Positions 19,093 to 27,746 of a DNA stretch of 64,000 nucleotides are shown here, one piece after another. Below the pieces are notes generated by a model. That model saw only the letters and a program-made list of their open reading frames with translations. It did no database searches and was not told the DNA's origin. How positions within the stretch are numbered: position 1 is the first letter of the stretch; each line of letters begins with the position of its first letter. The DNA comes from Nitrospirota bacterium (lineage in GTDB: Bacteria; Nitrospirota; UBA9217). The stretch is taken from positions 192,001-256,000 of the forward strand of contig CAWIYV010000014.1 of assembly GCA_963840455.1 (NCBI GenBank). Reading direction: 5' to 3'. Made by a program: the position numbers and the translations under genes.

Positions 19093-19875
19093 ATGTCTAT
19101 TCCCTCCACCCATATCCATACCTGCCCGAACTGCGGCACGACGATCGAGGAAAGCCGGTACGTGATGCGGCCGGACGGCACCTTCCGGTGCGAGCACTGC
19201 TACTTCAACAACACCTACCTCGAAGGCGTCGTACACTCCATCGATACCGCCTACCTGGTGACCCTTGAGGCATTCGTGAACGCCATCGATGCACACGAAC
19301 ACGAGGTGGGGAACCACTCGCTGCGGGTGACGGAGTTCTCGATGATCATCGGGAAGGCCTGCGACGTCCGGGGCAGGGACCTCGTGGACCTCTACTGCGG
19401 AGCGCTGCTCCACGACATCGGCAAGATCGGCGTACCCGACGCGGTCCTGCACAAGACCGGCCCGCTCGCGCCGGAGGAGCAGGACGCCATGCACCAACAT
19501 CCCGAGATCGGCTATCGCATCATCGGCCACATCGGTTACTTTGCGCGGGCTGCCGAGATCATCAGGACGCACCACGAGCATTACGATGGATCGGGATATC
19601 CCCGCGGGCTCAAGGGAGACGAGATCCCGCACGGGGCGCGGGTCTTCGCCATTGCCGACGTGCTCGACGCCTTGACCGTTAAAAGGCCGTACCGGGAGGC
19701 GCTCAGCTTCGAAGCTGCGCTGGAGGAGATCATCAGGGAATCGGGAACGATCTATGATCCGGCGGTGGTCCAGTCGGCGCTCAAAGCTTCGGCCGAGCTC
19801 AAGGACTATGTGGGGAGGATCGTTTTCAGCGGTATGGACCATGGACCGGAACGAACGACCGTTCTTGGCGAATAA
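19093..19875 (+). CDS. HD-GYP phosphodiesterase with N-terminal zinc ribbon
   Basis: CPNCG..CEHC; 'HSLRV', 'LLHDIGK', 'HHEHYDGSGYP', 'RPYR'. Confidence 0.9.
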   Translation: MSIPSTHIHTCPNCGTTIEESRYVMRPDGTFRCEHCYFNNTYLEGVVHSIDTAYLVTLEAFVNAIDAHEHEVGNHSLRVTEFSMIIGKACDVRGRDLVDLYCGALLHDIGKIGVPDAVLHKTGPLAPEEQDAMHQHPEIGYRIIGHIGYFARAAEIIRTHHEHYDGSGYPRGLKGDEIPHGARVFAIADVLDALTVKRPYREALSFEAALEEIIRESGTIYDPAVVQSALKASAELKDYVGRIVFSGMDHGPERTTVLGE

Positions 19876-19890
19876 GGCGGTCGCCGTACC

Positions 19891-20050
19891 TTAAAGGTCC
19901 CTGCAGCAAGCTGCAGGGTATCTGCGATCCTCAAGGTAGTAATAATGTACTCTCATCGCCCGCGAACCCCCTGCACTCGCGGTTCCACTCGTAAACGCTG
20001 GAGGCAAGACCCCGCACCAAGCTTCGGGGAATGCGCTCGTTCCTGGTTCA
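19891..20050 (-). repeat. Reverse copy of the AATCCAGGAGCGAGCG palindromic element, with internal insert
   Basis: CCCTGCAGCAAGCTGCAGGG hairpin; insert ccctgcactcgcg..cactcgtaa is shared with ~14505-14545. Confidence 0.7.
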
Positions 20051-20162
20051 ACCAAGGGCGGTTCGCCGTGTCGCAGGGTCATGCGATTCGGGGCTGCGGG
20101 AGCAGAATGTGTACCCCGGTGTGCACTATCTATCATGAGGATTATGCAAAGGAGGAGTAGAC

Positions 20163-20582
20163 GTGGAAAAAACTGCCAGTATTTCAAAAGTATTTGCAAG
20201 AGGATGTATGTTGATGTTTGCTGGCCTTGTCATGGTAACGTGGGCCGGAGTAAGTGACGCGGCTCAAGCGCAGGGGCAGGGGCCCTGTGCTGACGATGTC
20301 GCGAAGTACTGCAAGGACGTCCAGCCCGGCGGCGGCCGGATCGTTCGCTGTCTGAAACAACATGAGAATGACCTGTCACCGGCCTGCAAACAGCATGCAG
20401 TAGAAGTGAAAAAGAAAGGGCAGGAGTTCCGCGCAGCCTGCGAGGACGACGTACTCAAGCTTTGCGGGGGCGTCAAGGTCGGCAGCGGCAGGATCATCAA
20501 CTGTCTGAAACAGCACGAGCAGGAACTGACGCCTGACTGCAGGGCACAGATGCAACAGAAGCGGGAGCCAAAGGCAAAATAA
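20163..20582 (+). CDS. Secreted cysteine-rich repeat protein (GLG1-like repeats)
   Basis: Two C..D...C..V..G.GRI..CL......L...C repeats; signal peptide; AGGAGG RBS. Confidence 0.85.
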   Translation: MEKTASISKVFARGCMLMFAGLVMVTWAGVSDAAQAQGQGPCADDVAKYCKDVQPGGGRIVRCLKQHENDLSPACKQHAVEVKKKGQEFRAACEDDVLKLCGGVKVGSGRIINCLKQHEQELTPDCRAQMQQKREPKAK

Positions 20583-20727
20583 AAGGATGGCCATGCCTGT
20601 CATTCCAATGGAACGGGCATAGGCTTCGTTTCCCCCGGGATGTATCATGATTCGTGCATGTCGCACCTTCAACCTTGAATCTTAGACCTTGGCCTTTCAC
20701 CTTGAACGTTGAACCAGTAGTCACTCT

Positions 20728-21606
20728 ATGCCCCACCTCTGGATCGTCCTATCGCTCACCTCTGCGTTCTCCCTCGCGACCAGCGACGCCCTGACGAAGC
20801 GGATCATCACGCCGGGGAACGAACATGCCATCGCCTGGCTCCGCATCGTCTATTCGCTGCCGGTGCTCGGCGCGGCCATGCTGTTCTCCCCCATCCCGGC
20901 CCTCGACGGGGCGTTCTATGCGGCCTTCGGCACCGCCCTTCCCCTGGAGATCGCCGCAATACTGCTTTATTACAAGGCGCTCCGGGTGTCGCCGCTCAGC
21001 CTCTCCCTGCCGTTCCTGTCGTTCACGCCCGTGTTCCTCATGCTCTTCTCCCGGCTCATCATGGGCGAGGCCGTGTCGGCGTCCGGCGCCGCGGGCATCG
21101 CGCTCGTCGCCCTGGGCGGCTACAGCCTGAACCTGTCCGCTCTGCGGGAGGGCCCCCTGGGGCCGCTGAAGGCGGTGCTGCGGGAGCGAGGATCGCTGTA
21201 CATGCTGATCGTCGCCATGATCTACAGCGCCACCTCGGCGCTGGGGAAGCTTGCCATCACGCACTCATCGCCGGCTTTCTTCGGGGCTACGTACTATTTC
21301 GCGCTCGCTGTCTGTCTCCTGCCGGTCATCGCGTTCCGGCAGGGAGGACGGCAGTTCCTCCTCCAGCTTAAGGATACGGCGCGGGCCGCGCTTCTGCCCG
21401 GTGCCTTCGATGCGCTTCAGTCGGTCACCCATTTTTTTGCCGTGAGCATGGCCAACGTTGCCTACATGATCGCCATCAAGCGCCTGAGCCTCATCATCGG
21501 GAGCGGGTACGGGTTCCTGCTCTTCGGTGAACGGAACATCCGCGAGCGCCTGGTCGGCGCCCTGCTCATGTTCGCGGGGTTTGTCGTCATCGTCGTGTTC
21601 ACGTGA
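20728..21606 (+). CDS. EamA/DMT family transporter
   Basis: About ten TM helices in two EamA repeats. Confidence 0.85.
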   Translation: MPHLWIVLSLTSAFSLATSDALTKRIITPGNEHAIAWLRIVYSLPVLGAAMLFSPIPALDGAFYAAFGTALPLEIAAILLYYKALRVSPLSLSLPFLSFTPVFLMLFSRLIMGEAVSASGAAGIALVALGGYSLNLSALREGPLGPLKAVLRERGSLYMLIVAMIYSATSALGKLAITHSSPAFFGATYYFALAVCLLPVIAFRQGGRQFLLQLKDTARAALLPGAFDALQSVTHFFAVSMANVAYMIAIKRLSLIIGSGYGFLLFGERNIRERLVGALLMFAGFVVIVVFT

Positions 21607-21675
21607 CCCGGTCATTGACTTTGGAACGATTCTATGAGAAGGTCGTACACTGGATATCCCCGGAAGGAGCCTGCC

Positions 21676-22140
21676 ATGAAATGGATCACGCGCGAAAAGG
21701 TGAAGGTCGACCGGGTCGCCTGCCCCTGGCTCATCAGGAAGTTCGTGGACCGGGACGCGGAGCTCCTGTTCGTTCCCGTTGACCAGGTCGAGAGCGAGGC
21801 CCGGCGGACCGGCGCCATTCCTTATGACGTGCCCGGCGTCGAGCTGGGCCATGATGGTCAGCGGTGCTCATTCGAGGCGATCATCATGAAGTTCGGCCTT
21901 GGCGCCGACCCTGCGCTCGCGCTGCTTGCGCGGATCGTGAACGGCGCGGACACCGACAACAGCCTCTACCATCAGCCCGAAGGCCCCGGCCTGGCCGCCA
22001 TCGCAGAAGGGTTCCGGCATCTTGGGTTTGCGGACGACCATGCGGTCAACGCGGCCGAGTGGATCGTGTACGACGCTCTCTACGCCTATTGTCAGGAAAT
22101 GGTCAGGCAGAACAGGCCCCATGGCAAATATCAGGAATGA
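21676..22140 (+). CDS. chrB: Chromate resistance ChrB C-terminal domain protein
   Basis: 'MKWITRE..KVDRVACPWLIRKFVD', 'CSFEA', 'YDALYAY'. Confidence 0.85.
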   Translation: MKWITREKVKVDRVACPWLIRKFVDRDAELLFVPVDQVESEARRTGAIPYDVPGVELGHDGQRCSFEAIIMKFGLGADPALALLARIVNGADTDNSLYHQPEGPGLAAIAEGFRHLGFADDHAVNAAEWIVYDALYAYCQEMVRQNRPHGKYQE

Positions 22141-23332
22141 CGTCATTCTGCTCTTCGCAGCCCGGACCGTGAGGCTCTTCGCCTATGGCGGGTTGTCCGT
22201 CATCCTCGCCCTGTACCTGGAAGAGACGGGCATGTCGCGGGAGACGATCGGCCTCCTGTTCACGCTCACCCTGGCCGGTGACGCGGGGATCACGCTCTGG
22301 ATCACGACCACGGCGGACCGAGCAGGCAGGCGGCGGATGCTGCTGCTCGGATCCATGCTTATGGTTGCGGCCGGCTCCGTGTTCGCCTTCACCGGAAATC
22401 CCGCGCTCCTGATCGCTGCGGCGATCGTCGGCGTCATCAGCCCGAGCGGAAACGAGGTGGGGCCGTTCCTGTCCATTGAGCAGGCGTCGCTGTCGCAGCT
22501 GGTCCCGTCGGAAGCGCGGACGCGGGTCTTCGCCTGGTACAACCTGGCAGGCTCGCTCGCCGGCGCGGTCGGCGCGCTTGCAGGCGGCATGCTTGCCCAC
22601 GGCCTCCAGCATGCCGGGTTCACGGCACTCCATTCCTACCGCGCCGTGCTGCTCGGCTACGCCGGGAGCGGCCTGCTGCTCATGCTTCTCTTCACCCGGC
22701 TTTCCACCGATACCGAGGCCGGCGTGGCGGCGCCATCGGAGCGGCGCGTACTGGGGCTTCATCGGTCGAAGAGCGTCGTGCTGAAACTGAGCGCCCTGTT
22801 CGGCCTCGACGCCTTCGCCGGCGGGCTTGTGATCCAGAGCATGGTGGCCTACTGGTTCCATATCACGTTCGGCGCCGACGAGCAGATGCTCGGTGCGATC
22901 TTCTTCGGCGCCAACATACTGGCAGGCGCGTCGGCGCTGCTGGCCGCTAAGTTCGCCGCCCGGTTCGGCCTGATCAATACGATGGTCTTCTCTCACATTC
23001 CCTCGAACATCCTGCTCTGCCTCGTGCCCTTCATGCCGGGGCTGGGCTGGGCGATCTTCGTGCTGATGCTCCGCTTCAGCATCTCGCAGATGGACGTCCC
23101 CACCCGGCAGTCCTACACCATGGCCGTGGTTGCCCCGGACGAGCGTGCAGCTGCATCGGGCGTCACGACCATCGCCCGGTCCGTCGGCGCGTCGCTCTCG
23201 CCCGCGCTCGGCGGGATCCTCCTCGCGACACCGGGGCTCATGGCCGCGCCGTTCGTTGCGGCCGGCGGGATCAAGATCCTGTATGATCTGCTGCTGTACC
23301 GGAGCTTCCGGCACGCGGACAGGACGGGGTGA
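22121..23332 (+). CDS. MFS transporter
   Basis: About 12 TM helices; 'ADRAGRRR' motif A; 'SQMDVPTRQSY'. Confidence 0.9.
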   Translation: MANIRNDVILLFAARTVRLFAYGGLSVILALYLEETGMSRETIGLLFTLTLAGDAGITLWITTTADRAGRRRMLLLGSMLMVAAGSVFAFTGNPALLIAAAIVGVISPSGNEVGPFLSIEQASLSQLVPSEARTRVFAWYNLAGSLAGAVGALAGGMLAHGLQHAGFTALHSYRAVLLGYAGSGLLLMLLFTRLSTDTEAGVAAPSERRVLGLHRSKSVVLKLSALFGLDAFAGGLVIQSMVAYWFHITFGADEQMLGAIFFGANILAGASALLAAKFAARFGLINTMVFSHIPSNILLCLVPFMPGLGWAIFVLMLRFSISQMDVPTRQSYTMAVVAPDERAAASGVTTIARSVGASLSPALGGILLATPGLMAAPFVAAGGIKILYDLLLYRSFRHADRTG

Positions 23333-23892
23333 AGATGACGAAAGAGCGGGCGCTCAAGAGGATTGCCGGGGAGATCACACGTTGCCGATCGTGCAAACAA
23401 GGCTGCTCCGGGGAGGCCGTGCCGGGGGAAGGGGACGCTGACGCCAGGGTCATGTTCATCGGCGAGGCGCCTGGGCGCGAGGAGGCGAAGACCGGAAGGC
23501 CATTCGTGGGGCGTTCGGGAAAGCTGCTGCGCCAGACGATCCGGGAGATCGGGCTCGCAGAGGAAGAGGTCTTCATCACCAGCCCGGTACACTATCTTCC
23601 GGACCAAGGCACGCCGTCGAAGGAGATGATCCGCCACGGCAGGGAGCATCTCTTCGCACAGCTTGCCATCATCGAGCCGGACATCATTGTGCTGCTGGGG
23701 AATACCGCCTGCGCGGCCCTCCTCGACACCAAGGTGGAGATAACGAAGAAGCACGGAACGATTGTTCGAAAGGACGACAGGACCTTTTTCATCACCGTTC
23801 ATCCCGCCTATGCCGTCCGCTTCACCAAGGGGAAGGAACTGCTCTTCCGCGACTTTGCCAGGCTGAAGCGGTTGATCAAGGCCCCGAGGTGA
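23329..23892 (+). CDS. Uracil-DNA glycosylase family 4
   Basis: 'CRSC', 'IGEAPG..E..GRPFVGRSG', 'TVHPA'. Confidence 0.85.
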   Translation: MKMTKERALKRIAGEITRCRSCKQGCSGEAVPGEGDADARVMFIGEAPGREEAKTGRPFVGRSGKLLRQTIREIGLAEEEVFITSPVHYLPDQGTPSKEMIRHGREHLFAQLAIIEPDIIVLLGNTACAALLDTKVEITKKHGTIVRKDDRTFFITVHPAYAVRFTKGKELLFRDFARLKRLIKAPR

Positions 23893-23970
23893 TGTCCCCG
23901 ATGCTCCGGCCCGGACTTGCAATGTATGATGAACGAGTTATGAGAGGGACCGTGAGGTGAGGAGGATGGC

Positions 23971-24381
23971 ATGAGCTTTCAGTGGACCGAAGACCTGAGC
24001 ACCGGCGTCGACGACATCGACGCCCAGCATAGGGAACTGATCCTGCATGTGAACACCCTGCTCGATGCCTGCAGTCATCAGAAGGGCAGGGACGACATCG
24101 GCAGGTTCCTCGACTATCTAAGCGAGTACGTTGCCTTCCATTTTGCTGCCGAAGAGCGGGATATGACGTATTATCACTATCCCGGCCTGGCCGCGCACGA
24201 GCAGGAGCACGAGCATTTCAAGAAAGTGGTCGGGGGTCTGAAACGCGAATTCGCCGAGCACGGGGCGGGCATCAGCGTGGTGCTGATGACGATGCGCGCG
24301 TCCTGCGACTGGCTGGTCAATCACATCAAAAAGACCGACAAGTCAATGGCGGCGTACCTGAAGGACCGGACCGGGAAATAG
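23971..24381 (+). CDS. Bacteriohemerythrin
   Basis: 'W..DLSTGV..ID.QH', 'HFAAEE', 'H...H', 'WL.NHI..D'. Confidence 0.92.
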   Translation: MSFQWTEDLSTGVDDIDAQHRELILHVNTLLDACSHQKGRDDIGRFLDYLSEYVAFHFAAEERDMTYYHYPGLAAHEQEHEHFKKVVGGLKREFAEHGAGISVVLMTMRASCDWLVNHIKKTDKSMAAYLKDRTGK

Positions 24382-24446
24382 CGAAGCTCCGACAGGGGAA
24401 GGCCGACGCGGGGCATGGCATGTGCCGCTTTGCCGTCACGGGGAAG

Positions 24447-24698
24447 TGAATCCAGGAGCGAGCGCTTAGCGAGCGATTAGAATAAACACTACCCTGAGGA
24501 TCGAAGCTCCATGCCTCTTGCAGCAGGGAGCTTAAATCCAGGAGCGAGCGAATGCCCCGCAGCTTGCTGCGGGGTAGCGAGCGATTAGTATGAAGAGTAC
24601 TGCCTTGAGGATCGAAGATTCCCTGCAGCGACTCGACTGAGTGTTCGACTGAGCTCACGCCGAAGTCTCGCCGAAGTCTTGCTGCAGGGAGCTTCAAC
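24447..24698 (+). repeat. Tandem AATCCAGGAGCGAGCG palindromic element with nested insert
   Basis: Two units; CCCCGCAGCTTGCTGCGGGG hairpin; closely matches 54493-54684. Confidence 0.85.
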
Positions 24699-24720
24699 TC
24701 TTTTCGGGCAGGGGCGGACA

Positions 24721-25626
24721 TCACCGATCGCTCGGGAGCGTCACCGCCTTGAGCGCATTGAAGGGGCCGAAGGACCTTAGCCGCTGCAGCTGCAGCTCGT
24801 TCGCCACGTAGAAGGACCCGGCGAAGGCAAGGGCGTTCAGTGAGATATCCTCAAAATGCTCCCGGGAGCGGGGCACGAGGAGCATCCACTGGCGCGTGAC
24901 CAGCAGGCAGTACGGCATTGACTGGCGCGGAAGGATGGCTGCGCCGGGGGTGCCCATGCCGACGCTGCCGAGCATGGCGGCGTACAGATCGAACGATTCA
25001 AGAGCCGCCTCGCGGGGCTTTTCCAGCATATCGTACCGCAGCCGGACGAAGGAGTGGCGGAACGGAAGCACGGGGAGGGGGCCCGGGACGGACATCGGTC
25101 CCGATGCGTATAGCAGGGGTTCGATGGGTATCCGTGGGCGCTCGGGGGTCAGCGGGAGGGGAACGATCTGGAGGTGCTTGTGCGGCTGGCTCGCACCGGC
25201 TTCGCGCCCGCCGTTGTAGAAACCGAGCCCGTCATATTCCGCCATGCAGAGCCAGAGCGCCTCGAAGTCCCTGAGCGTGAGCAGTGTTTCCTGGTCCTCG
25301 AAGTGGCGGGTGACGATGAGCAGGTGGTGGTCCACCACGTTGTACTTGTTCAGGACCGCGATGTGCGTGTCCGTGACGTCCGCGACGGTGAGCTCCTTCT
25401 CGGGAGGGGAAAAGGGATTCGCGTTCCGGCCCGCTCCGGCATCCTTGTCCTGCTGAACGCGAGCGGCCGCCTTCTCTTCGAGGGTTTGGAGAACGCGGAC
25501 GAAGAACCGGACGCCGCCGTCCTCGATGAATACCTGGTTCGTGGGGAAGGAGCGGAGGGCGCCGCTCTTGAGTGCATGCTCCGTGGTCCTGAGCATCTGT
25601 TGCCAAAGGGTCCCTTTTTCCAGCAT
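24721..25626 (-). CDS. ATP adenylyltransferase / Ap4A phosphorylase
   Basis: 'NPF', 'LNKYNVV..HLLIVT', 'FYNGG..AGASQPHKHLQ'. Confidence 0.88.
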   Translation of the reverse strand: MLEKGTLWQQMLRTTEHALKSGALRSFPTNQVFIEDGGVRFFVRVLQTLEEKAAARVQQDKDAGAGRNANPFSPPEKELTVADVTDTHIAVLNKYNVVDHHLLIVTRHFEDQETLLTLRDFEALWLCMAEYDGLGFYNGGREAGASQPHKHLQIVPLPLTPERPRIPIEPLLYASGPMSVPGPLPVLPFRHSFVRLRYDMLEKPREAALESFDLYAAMLGSVGMGTPGAAILPRQSMPYCLLVTRQWMLLVPRSREHFEDISLNALAFAGSFYVANELQLQRLRSFGPFNALKAVTLPSDR

Positions 25627-25793
25627 GTGATTCTCCCTCGTTCCGGATTGGATTATAGCATATCGGCAGCGTGAAGAAAAATACGCAGGAAACCGCCGGG
25701 TCCAACCTATGACCTGGGTCATAGCGCATTCCGACGGCAATGCCTATCATGGAACTGCAGAGTGAAGCTGCGGACAAGAGAAGGAGGGATATC

Positions 25794-26015
25794 ATGAAAG
25801 AGCTGAACGTGACGATCATTGCCCCGCGGGAGCGGCACCCGCTCATCTTCAAGACCTTTGATGAGATGGAAAAGGGGGGCGCATTCGTACTGGTCAACGA
25901 CCACGACCCCAAGCCGCTGTACTATTCGTTCCTCCACGAGCGCGAGGGGCAGTTCGGATGGGACTATCTTGCCCAGGGGCCCGAGGAGTGGAGGGTCAGG
26001 ATCTCGAAGAAGTAA
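25794..26015 (+). CDS. DUF2249 domain protein
   Basis: 'PRERHPLIF..F..LVNDHDPKPLYY..GPEEWRV'; AGGAGG RBS. Confidence 0.88.
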   Translation: MKELNVTIIAPRERHPLIFKTFDEMEKGGAFVLVNDHDPKPLYYSFLHEREGQFGWDYLAQGPEEWRVRISKK

Positions 26016-26073
26016 GTTTGTGTTACCATACTGCGAAGAGGTGAGATCCGGTCCGGGAGGGGGAAAACGGCCG

Positions 26074-26253
26074 ATGGTACCGAACATCGATTATGGGCTT
26101 TGTGAAGGGTGCGGCGGCTGCGCCGAGGCATTTCCCCAGTTCTTCGAGATGCGCGAAGAAAAGGCCTGGGTCATCAATGCTGAAAAGTTCGACGAGGCAC
26201 CGGACCAGGGCATCCTGTTGATCTGCCCCTATTACGCCATTTCGATCGAGTGA
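26074..26253 (+). CDS. Ferredoxin (single cluster)
   Basis: 'CEGCGGC' plus distal 'CPYYAI'; GGAGG RBS. Confidence 0.85.
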   Translation: MVPNIDYGLCEGCGGCAEAFPQFFEMREEKAWVINAEKFDEAPDQGILLICPYYAISIE

Positions 26254-26307
26254 ATCCGCGCAATGCTGATGCGGGGGCTGTTCCGCTTGGATGCGAGGTG
26301 CGGGCCG

Positions 26308-27264
26308 TTATTGACCTTCCAAGGCCGCTTTTCCTACCGAATCATCCACGGAATCCCTGCTTTTCCCCCGCTTGACTTCCCAGAGCTTTTTCGCCAACTG
26401 TTCGATGTATTCCCGATTCTCGACCGTTTCCCGCCACTGTGAGGGGATCCCCTCGATGCCGTAGCAGGCGCCGGCTATGGCGCCGGTCATGGCCCCGATG
26501 GTGTCCGCATCGCCGCCGAGGCTCACGGCATAGATGACGGCGTTCCTGAAATCGCGTGTTGACAGGAATGCGTAGATGGCCGTCGGCACCGATTCCAGAG
26601 ACGACCCGCCGGTCCCGAGGTTCGCAACGACATCCTCCTTCGCCGGGTCCTCTGCCAGCAGCGTGACGACGGTCTTCAGCCTCTCCTGGTACGGGCCTGG
26701 CTTGGCGAACATCCGGAGCGTGCCGAGGTACTCGGTGATTTTGATATCCTGCGGGTCAGCGAGCACGGCAAGGGCAACGGAACAGGCCTGGAGGGCGGCA
26801 CCTTCGAGACCCAGCTCATGGCTGTGCGTGATGCCCGCGCAGTTATAGGCGATATCGCGGAGCATGCGGGGGTCATCAAAGTACATGAGCCCCACGGGCG
26901 CGATGCGCGTCGGAGCGCCGTTCCCGAAGGACCCCTCCGGGTAGATGTCCCGATCGATCATGCCGAATCCCAGTTTACCGTTCCGCATGAGGCGGAAGAC
27001 CCGGGAGAGCGTGTGCCCGTAACGCCGCCATGGTTCCTGTTCGTATTTCTTGAGGATCCGCTCCGCCATGTGCCAGTAGTGGAAATCTTTGTATTCGACG
27101 AGCGATTCGGCGACGGCGATGGTCATGGCAGTATCGTCGGTATAGCGGGGGGACAGGTCGGCGACCTCCACGTACTCCGAAGAGCCTGCGCGCCGCGCGC
27201 CGAGCGAATCGCCGACGGCCGTGCCGATGAGGCAGCCGATGAATTTTGAGAGTTTCCGGTCCAT
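26308..27264 (-). CDS. ADP-ribosylglycohydrolase family protein
   Basis: 'GDSLG', 'YTDDT', 'GNGA', 'ITH', 'GGDADTIGAMTGAIAGA'. Confidence 0.92.
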   Translation of the reverse strand: MDRKLSKFIGCLIGTAVGDSLGARRAGSSEYVEVADLSPRYTDDTAMTIAVAESLVEYKDFHYWHMAERILKKYEQEPWRRYGHTLSRVFRLMRNGKLGFGMIDRDIYPEGSFGNGAPTRIAPVGLMYFDDPRMLRDIAYNCAGITHSHELGLEGAALQACSVALAVLADPQDIKITEYLGTLRMFAKPGPYQERLKTVVTLLAEDPAKEDVVANLGTGGSSLESVPTAIYAFLSTRDFRNAVIYAVSLGGDADTIGAMTGAIAGACYGIEGIPSQWRETVENREYIEQLAKKLWEVKRGKSRDSVDDSVGKAALEGQ

Positions 27265-27506
27265 GGGTGTCAGCGGTGTCCTGATGTGCGGGTACTGCGG
27301 TCCCGCATGAGAGCAGAGATAGCGATACACACTCGATATGATTGCCATTATAGCGGGGAAATCCTTCAGATGCAAGTTGTTGCAGCGGGATGTGTTGCAG
27401 CGGGACGAGGCAGGAGATCAGGATCCGACAACAAGTATTGAGACAGGTCAGACGCGGATCAACATCATGATAAAAGAGAAAAGCGGATACTATCCAAAAC
27501 TAAGCA

Positions 27507-27621
27507 TTGAAGCCCCCTGCAGCAAGCTGCTGGGAATCTTCGATCATCAAAATAGTTTCGTCATTCTGATCGCTCGCCAACCACGCAGAACTCCGCGGGG
27601 AATGCGCTCGCTCCCGGATTC
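27507..27621 (-). repeat. Reverse copy of the palindromic element
   Basis: gaagccccctgcagcaagctgctgggaatcttcgatc ... cgctcgctcccggattca. Confidence 0.75.
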
Positions 27622-27746
27622 ACCTGCCGGCTAAACTGCCGGACGAGGGATAATTCGCTGTTATCCGACTCCTATCCTATTGTATCCGTGTCACATGCCG
27701 TATGGAGGATGGGTACAGCGGCCCGTCTCCGAGGAAGGCAGGTCCG

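Noticed and set aside
27379-27408. 15-bp tandem duplication tgttgcagcggga(t/c)g
   Set aside because: Only two copies and no context; probably a local slippage event
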